From positions 18,990 to 54,838 of the forward strand of contig CAYJAG010000001.1 in assembly GCA_964368385.1 (NCBI GenBank): a DNA stretch of 35,849 nt, in the 5' to 3' direction. The position numbers were made by a program, and so were the translations under genes. The notes under the pieces were generated by a model, which had not been told where the DNA came from, did no database searches, and saw only the letters and a program-made list of their open reading frames with translations. This DNA is from an uncultured Muribaculaceae bacterium (GTDB taxonomy: Bacteria; Pseudomonadota; Alphaproteobacteria; Rs-D84). Below, piece after piece: positions 1-7,889 of this stretch (positions are counted from its first letter, which is position 1; each line of letters opens with the position of its first letter).

Positions 1-285
1 ACTGCTGCGGTTGCAGAAAAAATAAAAAACGGCATGACTTTGGTAATTTTCCCCGAAGGAACACGCGCCCGGCCCGGTGTACAGATAAAGTTAAAACGCG
101 GATTGTTGTTTATTGCAGAAAATCTGAAATTACCGATTGCGCCAGTTGGAACTGACGCTGGAATTTATTGGCCTAAAAAGGGCCAGCTGCAAAGCGGCAC
201 GGCGAATTTATGGTTTGAACCTTTGTTGCCCAGCACCGCATCTTTGGAAGAAATTTCCGCGGCGATTGGTCGCCACAGCGCATAA
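1..285 (+). CDS. plsC: 1-acyl-sn-glycerol-3-phosphate acyltransferase (PlsC family), 5'-truncated by window edge
   Basis: Frame is open from base 1 and contains the FPEGTR acyltransferase motif followed by LPIAPV; stop at 283-285. Confidence 0.8.
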   Translation, partial: TAAVAEKIKNGMTLVIFPEGTRARPGVQIKLKRGLLFIAENLKLPIAPVGTDAGIYWPKKGQLQSGTANLWFEPLLPSTASLEEISAAIGRHSA

Positions 286-297
286 AAAAAGTATATT

Positions 298-329
298 AAA
301 AATGCGGGCTGCATGCCCGCATTTTTTTT
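298..329. terminator. Bidirectional intrinsic terminator between convergent plsC and dacA
   Basis: AAAAATGCGGGC-TGCAT-GCCCGCATTTTTTTT hairpin flanked by A and T tracts. Confidence 0.85.
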
Positions 330-1113
330 AACCTTTGATTGCCTTTTCTAATCTTGTGCGTAACTTCTTTATATCATCGTATTTGGTCAGCTTGCCGTGT
401 TCGGCGATCGATATGTCGCCACTTTCTTCGGATACAATCAAGACCAATGAATCCGAGCTTTCAGACATTCCAATGGCCGCGCGATGACGAGTTCCATATT
501 TCCAATTCAAATCAGATTTTTTGGTCAGTGGCAGTATTGCGCCTGCATATAAAATCCGATCGGTTCCCAGCAACATTGCGCCGTCATGCAATGGCGTTTT
601 GTTAAAGAAAATTGTCAGAATAAGCTCGCTTGAAATTTCTGCGTCAATCTTGGTCCCAAGATTTTCTATGGTTCCATCAAACTCATTACAAAATACCATC
701 AGTGCGCCGGTGTGTTTGCGGGACATATAATCTACGGACTTTATTATTTCATCCAATGCATGTTCTGTGCGGCTTTTTTCTTCGGCATCCTTTATCGCGC
801 GCGGAGAAAATAAAATTTGCAACAATTTTACATGTCCCATCATCGCAAAGAACTTGCGCAGTTCTGGCTGGAATACCACGACAACACCAACAGATAAAAA
901 GATTGCAGCCAAACGTGTGAATTCACCGATTACTCGCAATCCGACCCACATGAACAGCCAGCTGGACAGCCAGATTGCAGCCAAGCCAACAAGACCCATA
1001 ACCATTTTTTCTGAATTTGTATTTTTTATAAAGCGCTTGTAAAATAGCCATAAAATTGCGCCGACCGCAATAACCTGCAAAATGTTTATTATGTTTTGTA
1101 ATACGAAGTTCAT
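328..1113 (-). CDS. dacA: Membrane-bound diadenylate cyclase (CdaA/DacA type, c-di-AMP synthase)
   Basis: Three N-terminal hydrophobic helices, the FQPELR segment, and catalytic DAC motifs DGA (PLHDGAM) and RHR (GTRHRAAIG), plus VSEESG. Confidence 0.92.
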   Translation of the reverse strand: MNFVLQNIINILQVIAVGAILWLFYKRFIKNTNSEKMVMGLVGLAAIWLSSWLFMWVGLRVIGEFTRLAAIFLSVGVVVVFQPELRKFFAMMGHVKLLQILFSPRAIKDAEEKSRTEHALDEIIKSVDYMSRKHTGALMVFCNEFDGTIENLGTKIDAEISSELILTIFFNKTPLHDGAMLLGTDRILYAGAILPLTKKSDLNWKYGTRHRAAIGMSESSDSLVLIVSEESGDISIAEHGKLTKYDDIKKLRTRLEKAIKG

Positions 1114-1128
1114 TTTTTCACCTTTTTT

Positions 1129-3207
1129 TTATTTTATAAGTTCTGCGACCAACTCTTCCAGTGGTCGATTCATAAATGCTGGGTCGCCTTCCCTTGCGGG
1201 TGCGCCGCGCATCATTGCTGTTTCGCATGGATTATCATCCGCCAGCCAGTTGTTCAGCAGATCCCCGGCCAGGAATCCCACACCAGCGCCCGCTACCAGA
1301 CTAAGCCCGCCTGTAAACGGCGCCAACACCAACATTCCGATTCCAGCCGTCGTAGCTGCGCGGCTGATCATTGCGCCGTTATTCAACTTGATGTCTGGCT
1401 CGGCCAGATTTCCAGTGAACTCCATTGCATTAACGATGCTGCCCGTGATGCTAAGCCGTATGCCACGCACAGGGGTCGAGGCCAACGAAACATGCATATC
1501 TTCTTTGCCCAGATCCACGAATCCGACAGCGCGCATATTCACGTCCCGCGTCTGCAAGGCGATCCCCAGGTCAGTTTCGGCCCTGCCCTGGCGCAATTTC
1601 AGATTGACCAAGGCACATGAAATCCCAACCTTATCATACTTCTTGTCCGCCATAACTATATCTTGGACGCTGTGTCGGACCGAGGTCAGAAAGTCCCGCC
1701 CATAAATATATTCTGCCGCATCTGGCAATGCAGTGCCGGACCCGGCGCTTTTTACCTGGATTGGGCCATTCAAGTTCGACATCAGTTCTGACAGGTCTTG
1801 ACCGCGACCTTCCACATAAAACTCAAAATCTGCGGGCAAACCAGTGATGAAATTTCTTTCGTCCACCGATTCCAAAATTTTTCCAACCACCACGCCTTTA
1901 CCCCGAGCAGCCACGCGTGCAACCACTGCGCCCGAATTTTCATGCGCCAACAAACTTATTTTAACCTGACCATTAGCAAACTGATTATCTATATTCAAGG
2001 AAAGCGAACCATCATGCAGACCCAGGTGAGCATCCACGTTTTCCATCAGCATGTTTCTATAAACCTCCATTTCGGCAAAGTCAATAATTATTTCTGCATT
2101 TACAGCATTGAGATAATCGGGATTTAACGGAACATTTTTGAAAACATACAGCTCTCGGTCTGGACGCTGCCAAGGCGTAGAACTTCCATACAGATCTGGA
2201 AAAACTTCGTCCAAAATAAATCTTTGTGATTTCAGCTTTAAGTTTACATCCGGTCGTTCACCCAACCACGAATACGATCCAGATATAGAAAGATCACTTT
2301 TCCCAAACGAGATTGACGATTGCCGCAAGACCAGTTGATTATGATCAATGCCGCCCGCAATGTTAATAGTCATTGGTGCAAGTTTTACAATATCAATCCC
2401 AAATTGCTGGAAAAATCCGGCTGCATCAGAAATTTTTCCACGGACTACAAAATCTATGGGAAGCCGGCTGGTTTGTTCCAGGGCGATGTTTGCGGTCAGT
2501 GGGGTCAACTTGTTTACTATCGCCACGCGCACTGGATAAACCTTGCGTTTGGTATCAAGCGGATAAAGCGAAGCAATAAAGGAATAATCTTGATCATTCA
2601 GAACCAAACTACCGGTGTATTCAACCAGATTGGACTTTTTGTTATAATTTACGATAACTTGATCAGCTTTAAATTCTTCTGTTTTGTTTGGATTAATTAA
2701 AACAAGTTTTGGATTTTCCATACGGACCGAATCAATTCCCCAGTCTGTATCTATTGGAAATTTTGGCAGAGCATCTTCCGCAGATTCAGGTCCAAAGCTG
2801 CGTGTTGATTCTAAAGAGATCTCACCCTTTGCATTTTTCTCTACATAAACTATTGGGTTTATCAGAACCACATCTCTGACCGATGGGTTGGAACTGAATA
2901 ATGAAATCAGACTTAATTTTGCTTCGACCAAATCTATGCTGACACCATCTTTATTTTTTGCCCAATCTTTTGATTTAACAGCAACATCCGTCAAAGCAAT
3001 TTTGGGGGTCAAAGAAAATTTCCAATAAATTTGTCCGCGTATTTCAACCGGCATACCAACAGCTTCTGACAAAGTATGAGTAACCTGTTCCCGCAAGGCC
3101 TCTAAATTTATCTGCGACAAGGTAATCGCAACTGACACCAAAAGCCCAATAAAAAACATCGCGACAATTCGCGCAAATCTGAAAAAATTATTTTTCCGCA
3201 ACCTCAT
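1129..3207 (-). CDS. AsmA-family envelope protein (N-terminal TM anchor, long beta-rich periplasmic body)
   Basis: TM helix followed by an AsmA-like N-terminus (LSEAVGMPVEIRGQIYWKFSLTPKIALTDV) and AsmA-like C-terminus (ITGSIVNAMEFTGNLAEPDI). Start placed at ATG 3207, just after the upstream stop; the ORF-track start at 3270 overlaps the upstream gene. Confidence 0.75.
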   Translation of the reverse strand: MRLRKNNFFRFARIVAMFFIGLLVSVAITLSQINLEALREQVTHTLSEAVGMPVEIRGQIYWKFSLTPKIALTDVAVKSKDWAKNKDGVSIDLVEAKLSLISLFSSNPSVRDVVLINPIVYVEKNAKGEISLESTRSFGPESAEDALPKFPIDTDWGIDSVRMENPKLVLINPNKTEEFKADQVIVNYNKKSNLVEYTGSLVLNDQDYSFIASLYPLDTKRKVYPVRVAIVNKLTPLTANIALEQTSRLPIDFVVRGKISDAAGFFQQFGIDIVKLAPMTINIAGGIDHNQLVLRQSSISFGKSDLSISGSYSWLGERPDVNLKLKSQRFILDEVFPDLYGSSTPWQRPDRELYVFKNVPLNPDYLNAVNAEIIIDFAEMEVYRNMLMENVDAHLGLHDGSLSLNIDNQFANGQVKISLLAHENSGAVVARVAARGKGVVVGKILESVDERNFITGLPADFEFYVEGRGQDLSELMSNLNGPIQVKSAGSGTALPDAAEYIYGRDFLTSVRHSVQDIVMADKKYDKVGISCALVNLKLRQGRAETDLGIALQTRDVNMRAVGFVDLGKEDMHVSLASTPVRGIRLSITGSIVNAMEFTGNLAEPDIKLNNGAMISRAATTAGIGMLVLAPFTGGLSLVAGAGVGFLAGDLLNNWLADDNPCETAMMRGAPAREGDPAFMNRPLEELVAELIK

Positions 3208-3208
3208 C

Positions 3209-4183
3209 TTAATCAGCCTTGAATTCCAAAAATTTCGCGACCGCGGCCATGAACTGGGGCATCTGCGCACGAATCGTTATTATCTTTCCCGTAGTTGGAT
3301 GCCGAAATGACAACTTATAGGCAAACAAAAACAGGTGCTTGGTGTCCAACATTGATGCTAATACACCATTTGCTGGCGCACAAACCCCGCCATCACCATA
3401 CAATCGATCGCCAACAATCGGTGCATTCAGCGAAAATGCCGAGTGCAACCGCAACTGGTGATTGCGTCCAGTCATTGGTAAAAACCTGACCCAAGATAAA
3501 ATCCCGGGCAGCTCTGCCAGAACCTGGTATTTTGTAACTGCGCGCTGGGCGCCGGGTCCGGGCTCTTCATCGTCCCGGAAAACTTTTCCCTTTGCGATAA
3601 AGTTTTCAATAACGCCTGTCTTTGGCAAAACTTTTCCAGACAGCAACGCCAAGTATTCTTTGGACGCAGTTTTGTCCTGGAACTGGGCACTTAAAACCTG
3701 GGCTGTGCGCTGGTTCTTGGCAAATATGATGACGCCACTGGTTTCCTTGTCCAGCCGATGAACTGGCAGAACCAAGTCATAAGGAAACAACGCCACCGCC
3801 ATTTTATCAAGCGATTTTTTTATGCCCGTGCCACCCTGGACCGCCAAACCAGATGGCTTGTTAAACGCCACAAAGTCCGGATCGTTGTAAATTATACATT
3901 GGCGCAACTTTTCCAAATCACCCATTGAAAATTTATTTCCGGCATTTAATCTTTGATCTTTGTTTTCTTCATTTGACAGCGCAATCATGAACGGAGGCAA
4001 TCGCATTGCGTCGCCAGATTTCAGGATTTCATCGCCGTGACATCTGGAAGAATTAACACGCAGCTGGCCTGATCGACACAGCTTGTGAAACTCTCCATCT
4101 GAAATTTTTGGATAATGTCTTTTTATCCATTTTTTCAGACGAATTCCGTCCTCTGTTGGTGAAATAATTTTATTAGTCGCCAT
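3209..4183 (-). CDS. RluA-family pseudouridine synthase (RluC/RluD-like, with S4-like domain)
   Basis: NKPSGL, catalytic HRLDKETSG, TGRNHQLRLH and PIVGDRLYG motifs; N-terminal S4-like region. Confidence 0.93.
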   Translation of the reverse strand: MATNKIISPTEDGIRLKKWIKRHYPKISDGEFHKLCRSGQLRVNSSRCHGDEILKSGDAMRLPPFMIALSNEENKDQRLNAGNKFSMGDLEKLRQCIIYNDPDFVAFNKPSGLAVQGGTGIKKSLDKMAVALFPYDLVLPVHRLDKETSGVIIFAKNQRTAQVLSAQFQDKTASKEYLALLSGKVLPKTGVIENFIAKGKVFRDDEEPGPGAQRAVTKYQVLAELPGILSWVRFLPMTGRNHQLRLHSAFSLNAPIVGDRLYGDGGVCAPANGVLASMLDTKHLFLFAYKLSFRHPTTGKIITIRAQMPQFMAAVAKFLEFKAD

Positions 4184-4655
4184 AAATTATCTGAACATAG
4201 TTTTGTCCCGATTGTGCGCTGCAATCATCTGGGATTGCAACAGCGCCGCCCGATTTTCCTTCCGATAACTTGTATCCGACAGAATCAGACCAAGCTTTTG
4301 TTTTGCAATATCCGCAGTCAGAACTGCTTAATCCTTCTATAGTCAAAATAAATTGCCGTGTGTCTGATGGATTCGCAGACAATGAATACTTGCCACCATA
4401 CGGATTCTTGTCAGACATGCCGATTGCTGCAAAAATGGTTGAGTTATCCAAACCAGAAAAATCATCGTATTCACCAAGAATGGTTCGCACACCTGTTACA
4501 ATTTGGGCTACCTCGTCCTGCAAAACGGTTCTTTTCTGACTGCGCATTGCGGCAGAAATCATGGTAACTGCGCCGACTGTTATTACGCCCATTATGGCCA
4601 GCACTCCCAACATTTCAATCATACTGCGACCTGATTCTTGACCTATAAATTTCAT
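4173..4655 (-). CDS. Type IV pilin-like protein with class III signal peptide and PilS-like (type IVb) globular domain
   Basis: MKFIGQESG|RSMIEMLGVLAIMGVITVGA has Gly at -1, Glu at +5 and a hydrophobic helix; NPYGG and FILTIEGLSSSDC resemble PilS-type pilins; C-terminal cysteines; SD GAGG upstream. Confidence 0.8.
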   Translation of the reverse strand: MKFIGQESGRSMIEMLGVLAIMGVITVGAVTMISAAMRSQKRTVLQDEVAQIVTGVRTILGEYDDFSGLDNSTIFAAIGMSDKNPYGGKYSLSANPSDTRQFILTIEGLSSSDCGYCKTKAWSDSVGYKLSEGKSGGAVAIPDDCSAQSGQNYVQIIYGD

Positions 4656-4666
4656 TTTTTCCTCAT

Positions 4667-4696
4667 TTGCTTTTTTCTTTCACGATTGTATCATAA
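4667..4696. promoter_or_regulatory. Putative bidirectional sigma70-type promoter between the pilin operon and uvrC
   Basis: Plus strand: TTGCTT (4667-4672), 16 bp, TATCAT (4689-4694), 7 nt before the uvrC ATG. Minus strand: overlapping TATGAT or TGn-TACAAT. Confidence 0.55.
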
Positions 4697-4701
4697 AAGC
4701 A

Positions 4702-6141
4702 ATGATTATTCAATTTTCTAATCTTATAGAAAATAGTCCTAGACTACCTGGCATTTATCTGATGTTTGACGCGGATGGGGCACTGCTGTATGTGGGCAAG
4801 GCAAAAAACATCAACGCGCGCCTGCGCCAGTATTGTGACGTGTCAAAACTGGAATGGCATAAACGCATTATGCGCAACTTGGTCGCGTCCGTCGATTGGC
4901 AAACAACCGCCACAGAATCTGATGCCTTGGTACTGGAACAAGAGCTGATAAAAACACGAAAACCGAAATACAATATAATGCTGACCGATGGGAAAATGTA
5001 TCCTATGTTGGCGCTGACCCAGCACGATTACCCCAGACTGGTAAAATTCCGCGGAAAAATTTCACAAAAAAAAGACGTGTTCGGACCATACCCTTCGGTC
5101 AGCACATTAAATGAAGCATTAAAAACTATTCAAAAAGTTTGCCAGGTCAGAACCTGCACAGACAGCTTTATGAAAAACCGCACTCGGCCTTGCCTGCTTT
5201 ATCAAATCGGAAGATGCAGCGCGCCATGTATAAAGGATGAAGAAAGACGGATGAAGGATGAAGTTTATGCGAAACAAGTTGGCCTTGTGCGAAAAATTCT
5301 TTCTGGTGATATACAATCGGTTGTTAATGAACTTTCTGCACAAATGACAATCGCCGCAAATTCCGAAGATTATGAAAAAGCCGCCCAAATTCGCGATAAA
5401 ATTTCCGCACTTAGTATAACTGGAACGGCTGGACGCGGCGCGGATAAATCAAATTCATCCTTTATCCATCATCCTTCATCCTTTGAGTTGTTGGAAAAAT
5501 GGATGGGGATAAAAATCGGCAACGCAGCTGTGTTTGATAATTCTCACCTTTTTGGAAAAAATTCAGTTGGGGCAATGATAGTCTTTGATAAAAATGGTTT
5601 TGTAAAAAACGGGTACCGGCACTTCAAACTGAAAGACGCCGCGCGCGCCGGCAATGACATCGCAATGATGGAAGAATTTATTTCGCGCTTTGCAGAAAAT
5701 AAAGATTCCAAGTCCATTAATCTATTGATAGTTGATGGCGGACGGGCGCAATGGAACATCGCAAAAAAAGTTCTGGGCGCGCGCGCTGCTGTTCTGGGTG
5801 TGGTCAAGGGCATGGTGCGCGACGGAGACGAGCATTTTATTATGCCAAACGGAAAAGAAAATCGGACATTGGCAAAAGACTCGTCCGAATTTTTGCTGCT
5901 GCGCCGTGTTCGTGATGAAGCGCACCGATTTGCAATCTCGTTTCACCGGCAAAGCCGGGCCAAAACAGAATTCGCCAGCGCATTGGATGAAATCGAAGGC
6001 ATTGGCGCTGCACGAAAAAAATCTTTACTGCACTACTTTGGCAGTGTTAAACAAATTGCGGATGCACGTGCGTCCGACATTGCGCGCGCGCCGGGAATTT
6101 CACCAGCCATGGCACAGAAAATTTACGCGCACTTTCATTGA
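4702..6141 (+). CDS. uvrC: Excinuclease ABC subunit C (compact, 479 aa)
   Basis: GIY-YIG domain (PGIYLM...YVGKAKN), Cys-rich CxC..RPCLLYQIGRCSAPC, UVR coiled coil (YEKAAQIRD), RNase H-like FDNSH/DGG/RDEAHRFA, C-terminal HhH. Confidence 0.95.
   Translation: MIIQFSNLIENSPRLPGIYLMFDADGALLYVGKAKNINARLRQYCDVSKLEWHKRIMRNLVASVDWQTTATESDALVLEQELIKTRKPKYNIMLTDGKMYPMLALTQHDYPRLVKFRGKISQKKDVFGPYPSVSTLNEALKTIQKVCQVRTCTDSFMKNRTRPCLLYQIGRCSAPCIKDEERRMKDEVYAKQVGLVRKILSGDIQSVVNELSAQMTIAANSEDYEKAAQIRDKISALSITGTAGRGADKSNSSFIHHPSSFELLEKWMGIKIGNAAVFDNSHLFGKNSVGAMIVFDKNGFVKNGYRHFKLKDAARAGNDIAMMEEFISRFAENKDSKSINLLIVDGGRAQWNIAKKVLGARAAVLGVVKGMVRDGDEHFIMPNGKENRTLAKDSSEFLLLRRVRDEAHRFAISFHRQSRAKTEFASALDEIEGIGAARKKSLLHYFGSVKQIADARASDIARAPGISPAMAQKIYAHFH
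5232..5484. repeat. Inverted pair of 4x heptamer (GGATGAA/TTCATCC) tracts inside uvrC
   Basis: Arm 5232-5262 AAA-GGATGAA-GAAAGAC-GGATGAA-GGATGAA; arm 5454-5484 TTCATCC-TTTATCC-ATCATCC-TTCATCC-TTT; 27 of 31 positions are reverse-complementary. Confidence 0.85.
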
Positions 6142-6165
6142 CAAAGGGCTATTTTACTTTATAAT
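6138..6165 (+). promoter_or_regulatory. Consensus sigma70 promoter for efp
   Basis: TTGACA (6138-6143, overlapping the uvrC stop), 16 bp, TATAAT (6160-6165). Confidence 0.75.
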
Positions 6166-6191
6166 CGGCGGGTTAAACCAAAGGGCGAATA

Positions 6192-6758
6192 ATGGCAAGC
6201 TTTACTGCAAATGATATAAGAGTCGGTTGGGTAATTTCTCACAACGGCAAAAGATACTCGGTTACAAGTATTACAAAGGTTAAACCCGGTAAAGGTGGCG
6301 CGTTCGTCCAGGCAGATCTTCGCGATATTGATTCAGGCAACAAAGGCGGCGATCGCTGGCGGTCCGAAGACAGGGTTGAAAAACTGATGGTCGAAGATGT
6401 CGAATGCCAATATCTTTATAGTGATGGTGTCGACAGCTTTTTCATGCGTTTGTCTGATTACGAACAATTTACAATGCCAAATGACGCATTGGGCGAACAA
6501 GTGAAATTTTTGCAACCTGAAATGTCGGTCAAGGCCAACTTTGTCGAAAGTCATCCAGTTTCAATCACTCTGCCAAAAACAATCATCGCAGTTATTGCAG
6601 AAACAGAACCTGCATTACGTGGTCAAACCGCAGCCGGCGGCGGCAAGCCTGCAATCTTGGACAACGGAGTGCGTCTGTCGGTTCCAGTGTTTGTAGAACA
6701 AGGCGAAAAAATCGTGGTAAATACGGAAAGCCTTGAATACGTAGAACGCGCAAAATAA
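6192..6758 (+). CDS. efp: Elongation factor P
   Basis: KPGKGGAFV loop, KPAILDNG, VPVFVEQGEKIVVNT and YVERA; 188 aa. Confidence 0.97.
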   Translation: MASFTANDIRVGWVISHNGKRYSVTSITKVKPGKGGAFVQADLRDIDSGNKGGDRWRSEDRVEKLMVEDVECQYLYSDGVDSFFMRLSDYEQFTMPNDALGEQVKFLQPEMSVKANFVESHPVSITLPKTIIAVIAETEPALRGQTAAGGGKPAILDNGVRLSVPVFVEQGEKIVVNTESLEYVERAK

Positions 6759-6782
6759 AAAATCCCCATTTGGGGATTTTTT
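6757..6782 (+). terminator. Intrinsic terminator after efp
   Basis: AAAAAATCCCCA-TT-TGGGGATTTTTT. Confidence 0.8.
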
Positions 6783-6880
6783 GTAGTTGTTTCTAATTTA
6801 CCATTTTGTCAATTTTTATCTTTTTTCTTTTTCTCTCTATTTTTTTCTGCTATTCTACCCTTTCTGATAAAGGAATAAAC

Positions 6881-7771
6881 ATGAACGATATTATAATTTT
6901 AGGTGGTGGTCCAGCTGGTTTAACAGCTGCCTTGTATGCCGCACGTGGTGGCAAAAGTACTTTGGTATTGGCGGGCGATCGTATTGGCGGATATATGACG
7001 TCTATTGATAAACTGGAAAATTATCCGGGCTTTATAGGGCATGGACAAGAATTGGCCGAAAAAATGAAGGCCCAGGCCGAAATGTTCGGGGCAAAAATTA
7101 TATCAGCCAGCGCAAAATCAATTAAAAAAACCGATAATGGTTTTTCTGTAATTGCAAACGACGGCAAAGAACATGAATCCAGGGCAATAATAATTGCAAC
7201 TGGCGCAACCCCAAGAAAATTGGAAATTGTGGGTGCTCGCGAATTTATGGGGCGCGGAGTTTCTTATTGTGCGACTTGCGATGGATTTTTCTACAGCGAC
7301 AAAGACGTCTTGGTAATTGGCGGTGGGAATTCCGCATTAAACGAGGCTTTATATCTGTCGAAAATCGTAAAGTCTGTAAAAATACTTTATCGCAAAGACT
7401 CTTTTTCCAGGGCCGAAAAAGTTTTGATAGACCGCGTCCAGGCCGCCGAAAACATTTTTGTTTTTTGGAATACCGAGCTGGCCCAGGTCGGCGGAGATGA
7501 ATCTGGTGTTACATTCGCGATAACAACAAATGGCGACAAAATAGAGTGCGATGGCGTTTTTGTAGCAATCGGACATGAAGCAAATACAGACTATCTGACC
7601 GAGGATATAAAGCGCGACGCGATGGGACGATTGATTCCGGGCGCCCTGCCCGCTGGGATGTTTGTTGCCGGGGACGTTCGCAGCGAATTAAAAATGCAAG
7701 TTGCGACAGCGGTCGGCACAGGCTGTGAATGCGCAATGGACGCAGTTGCATATCTGAATAGTCAAAAATAA
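6881..7771 (+). CDS. trxB: Thioredoxin-disulfide reductase
   Basis: GGGPAG FAD motif, YCATCDG redox motif, GGGNSA NADPH motif and AGDV. Start at ATG 6881 after SD AAGGA; the ORF-track start at 6806 is in a T-rich intergenic tract. Confidence 0.93.
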   Translation: MNDIIILGGGPAGLTAALYAARGGKSTLVLAGDRIGGYMTSIDKLENYPGFIGHGQELAEKMKAQAEMFGAKIISASAKSIKKTDNGFSVIANDGKEHESRAIIIATGATPRKLEIVGAREFMGRGVSYCATCDGFFYSDKDVLVIGGGNSALNEALYLSKIVKSVKILYRKDSFSRAEKVLIDRVQAAENIFVFWNTELAQVGGDESGVTFAITTNGDKIECDGVFVAIGHEANTDYLTEDIKRDAMGRLIPGALPAGMFVAGDVRSELKMQVATAVGTGCECAMDAVAYLNSQK

Positions 7772-7791
7772 ATTTTGCTATTTGTTTATTA

Positions 7792-7820
7792 AAAATCGCG
7801 CTCTGATAGGGCGCGATTTT
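7792..7820 (+). terminator. Hairpin terminator after trxB
   Basis: AAAATCGCGCTCT-GAT-AGGGCGCGATTTT. Confidence 0.7.
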
Positions 7821-7889
7821 ACCCTTGCCCCGAATCGGCATTTTATGTAAAATTCCCCACAGAATAGATAAAAATAAAGGACACTAGAT

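Noticed and set aside
1082-1705. Longer opposite-strand ORFs in the track (e.g. 1082-1705, 16767-17321, 21624-22124, 22049-22576, 35327-35749)
   Set aside because: They overlap well-supported genes, mostly antisense, and show no recognisable motifs; they are treated as shadow ORFs.
6080-6095. Frequent GCGC/CGCG runs as a DNA uptake sequence
   Set aside because: No fixed 9-12-mer stands out; Ala/Arg codons and terminator stems can explain the runs. A k-mer count against a codon-aware null would be needed.
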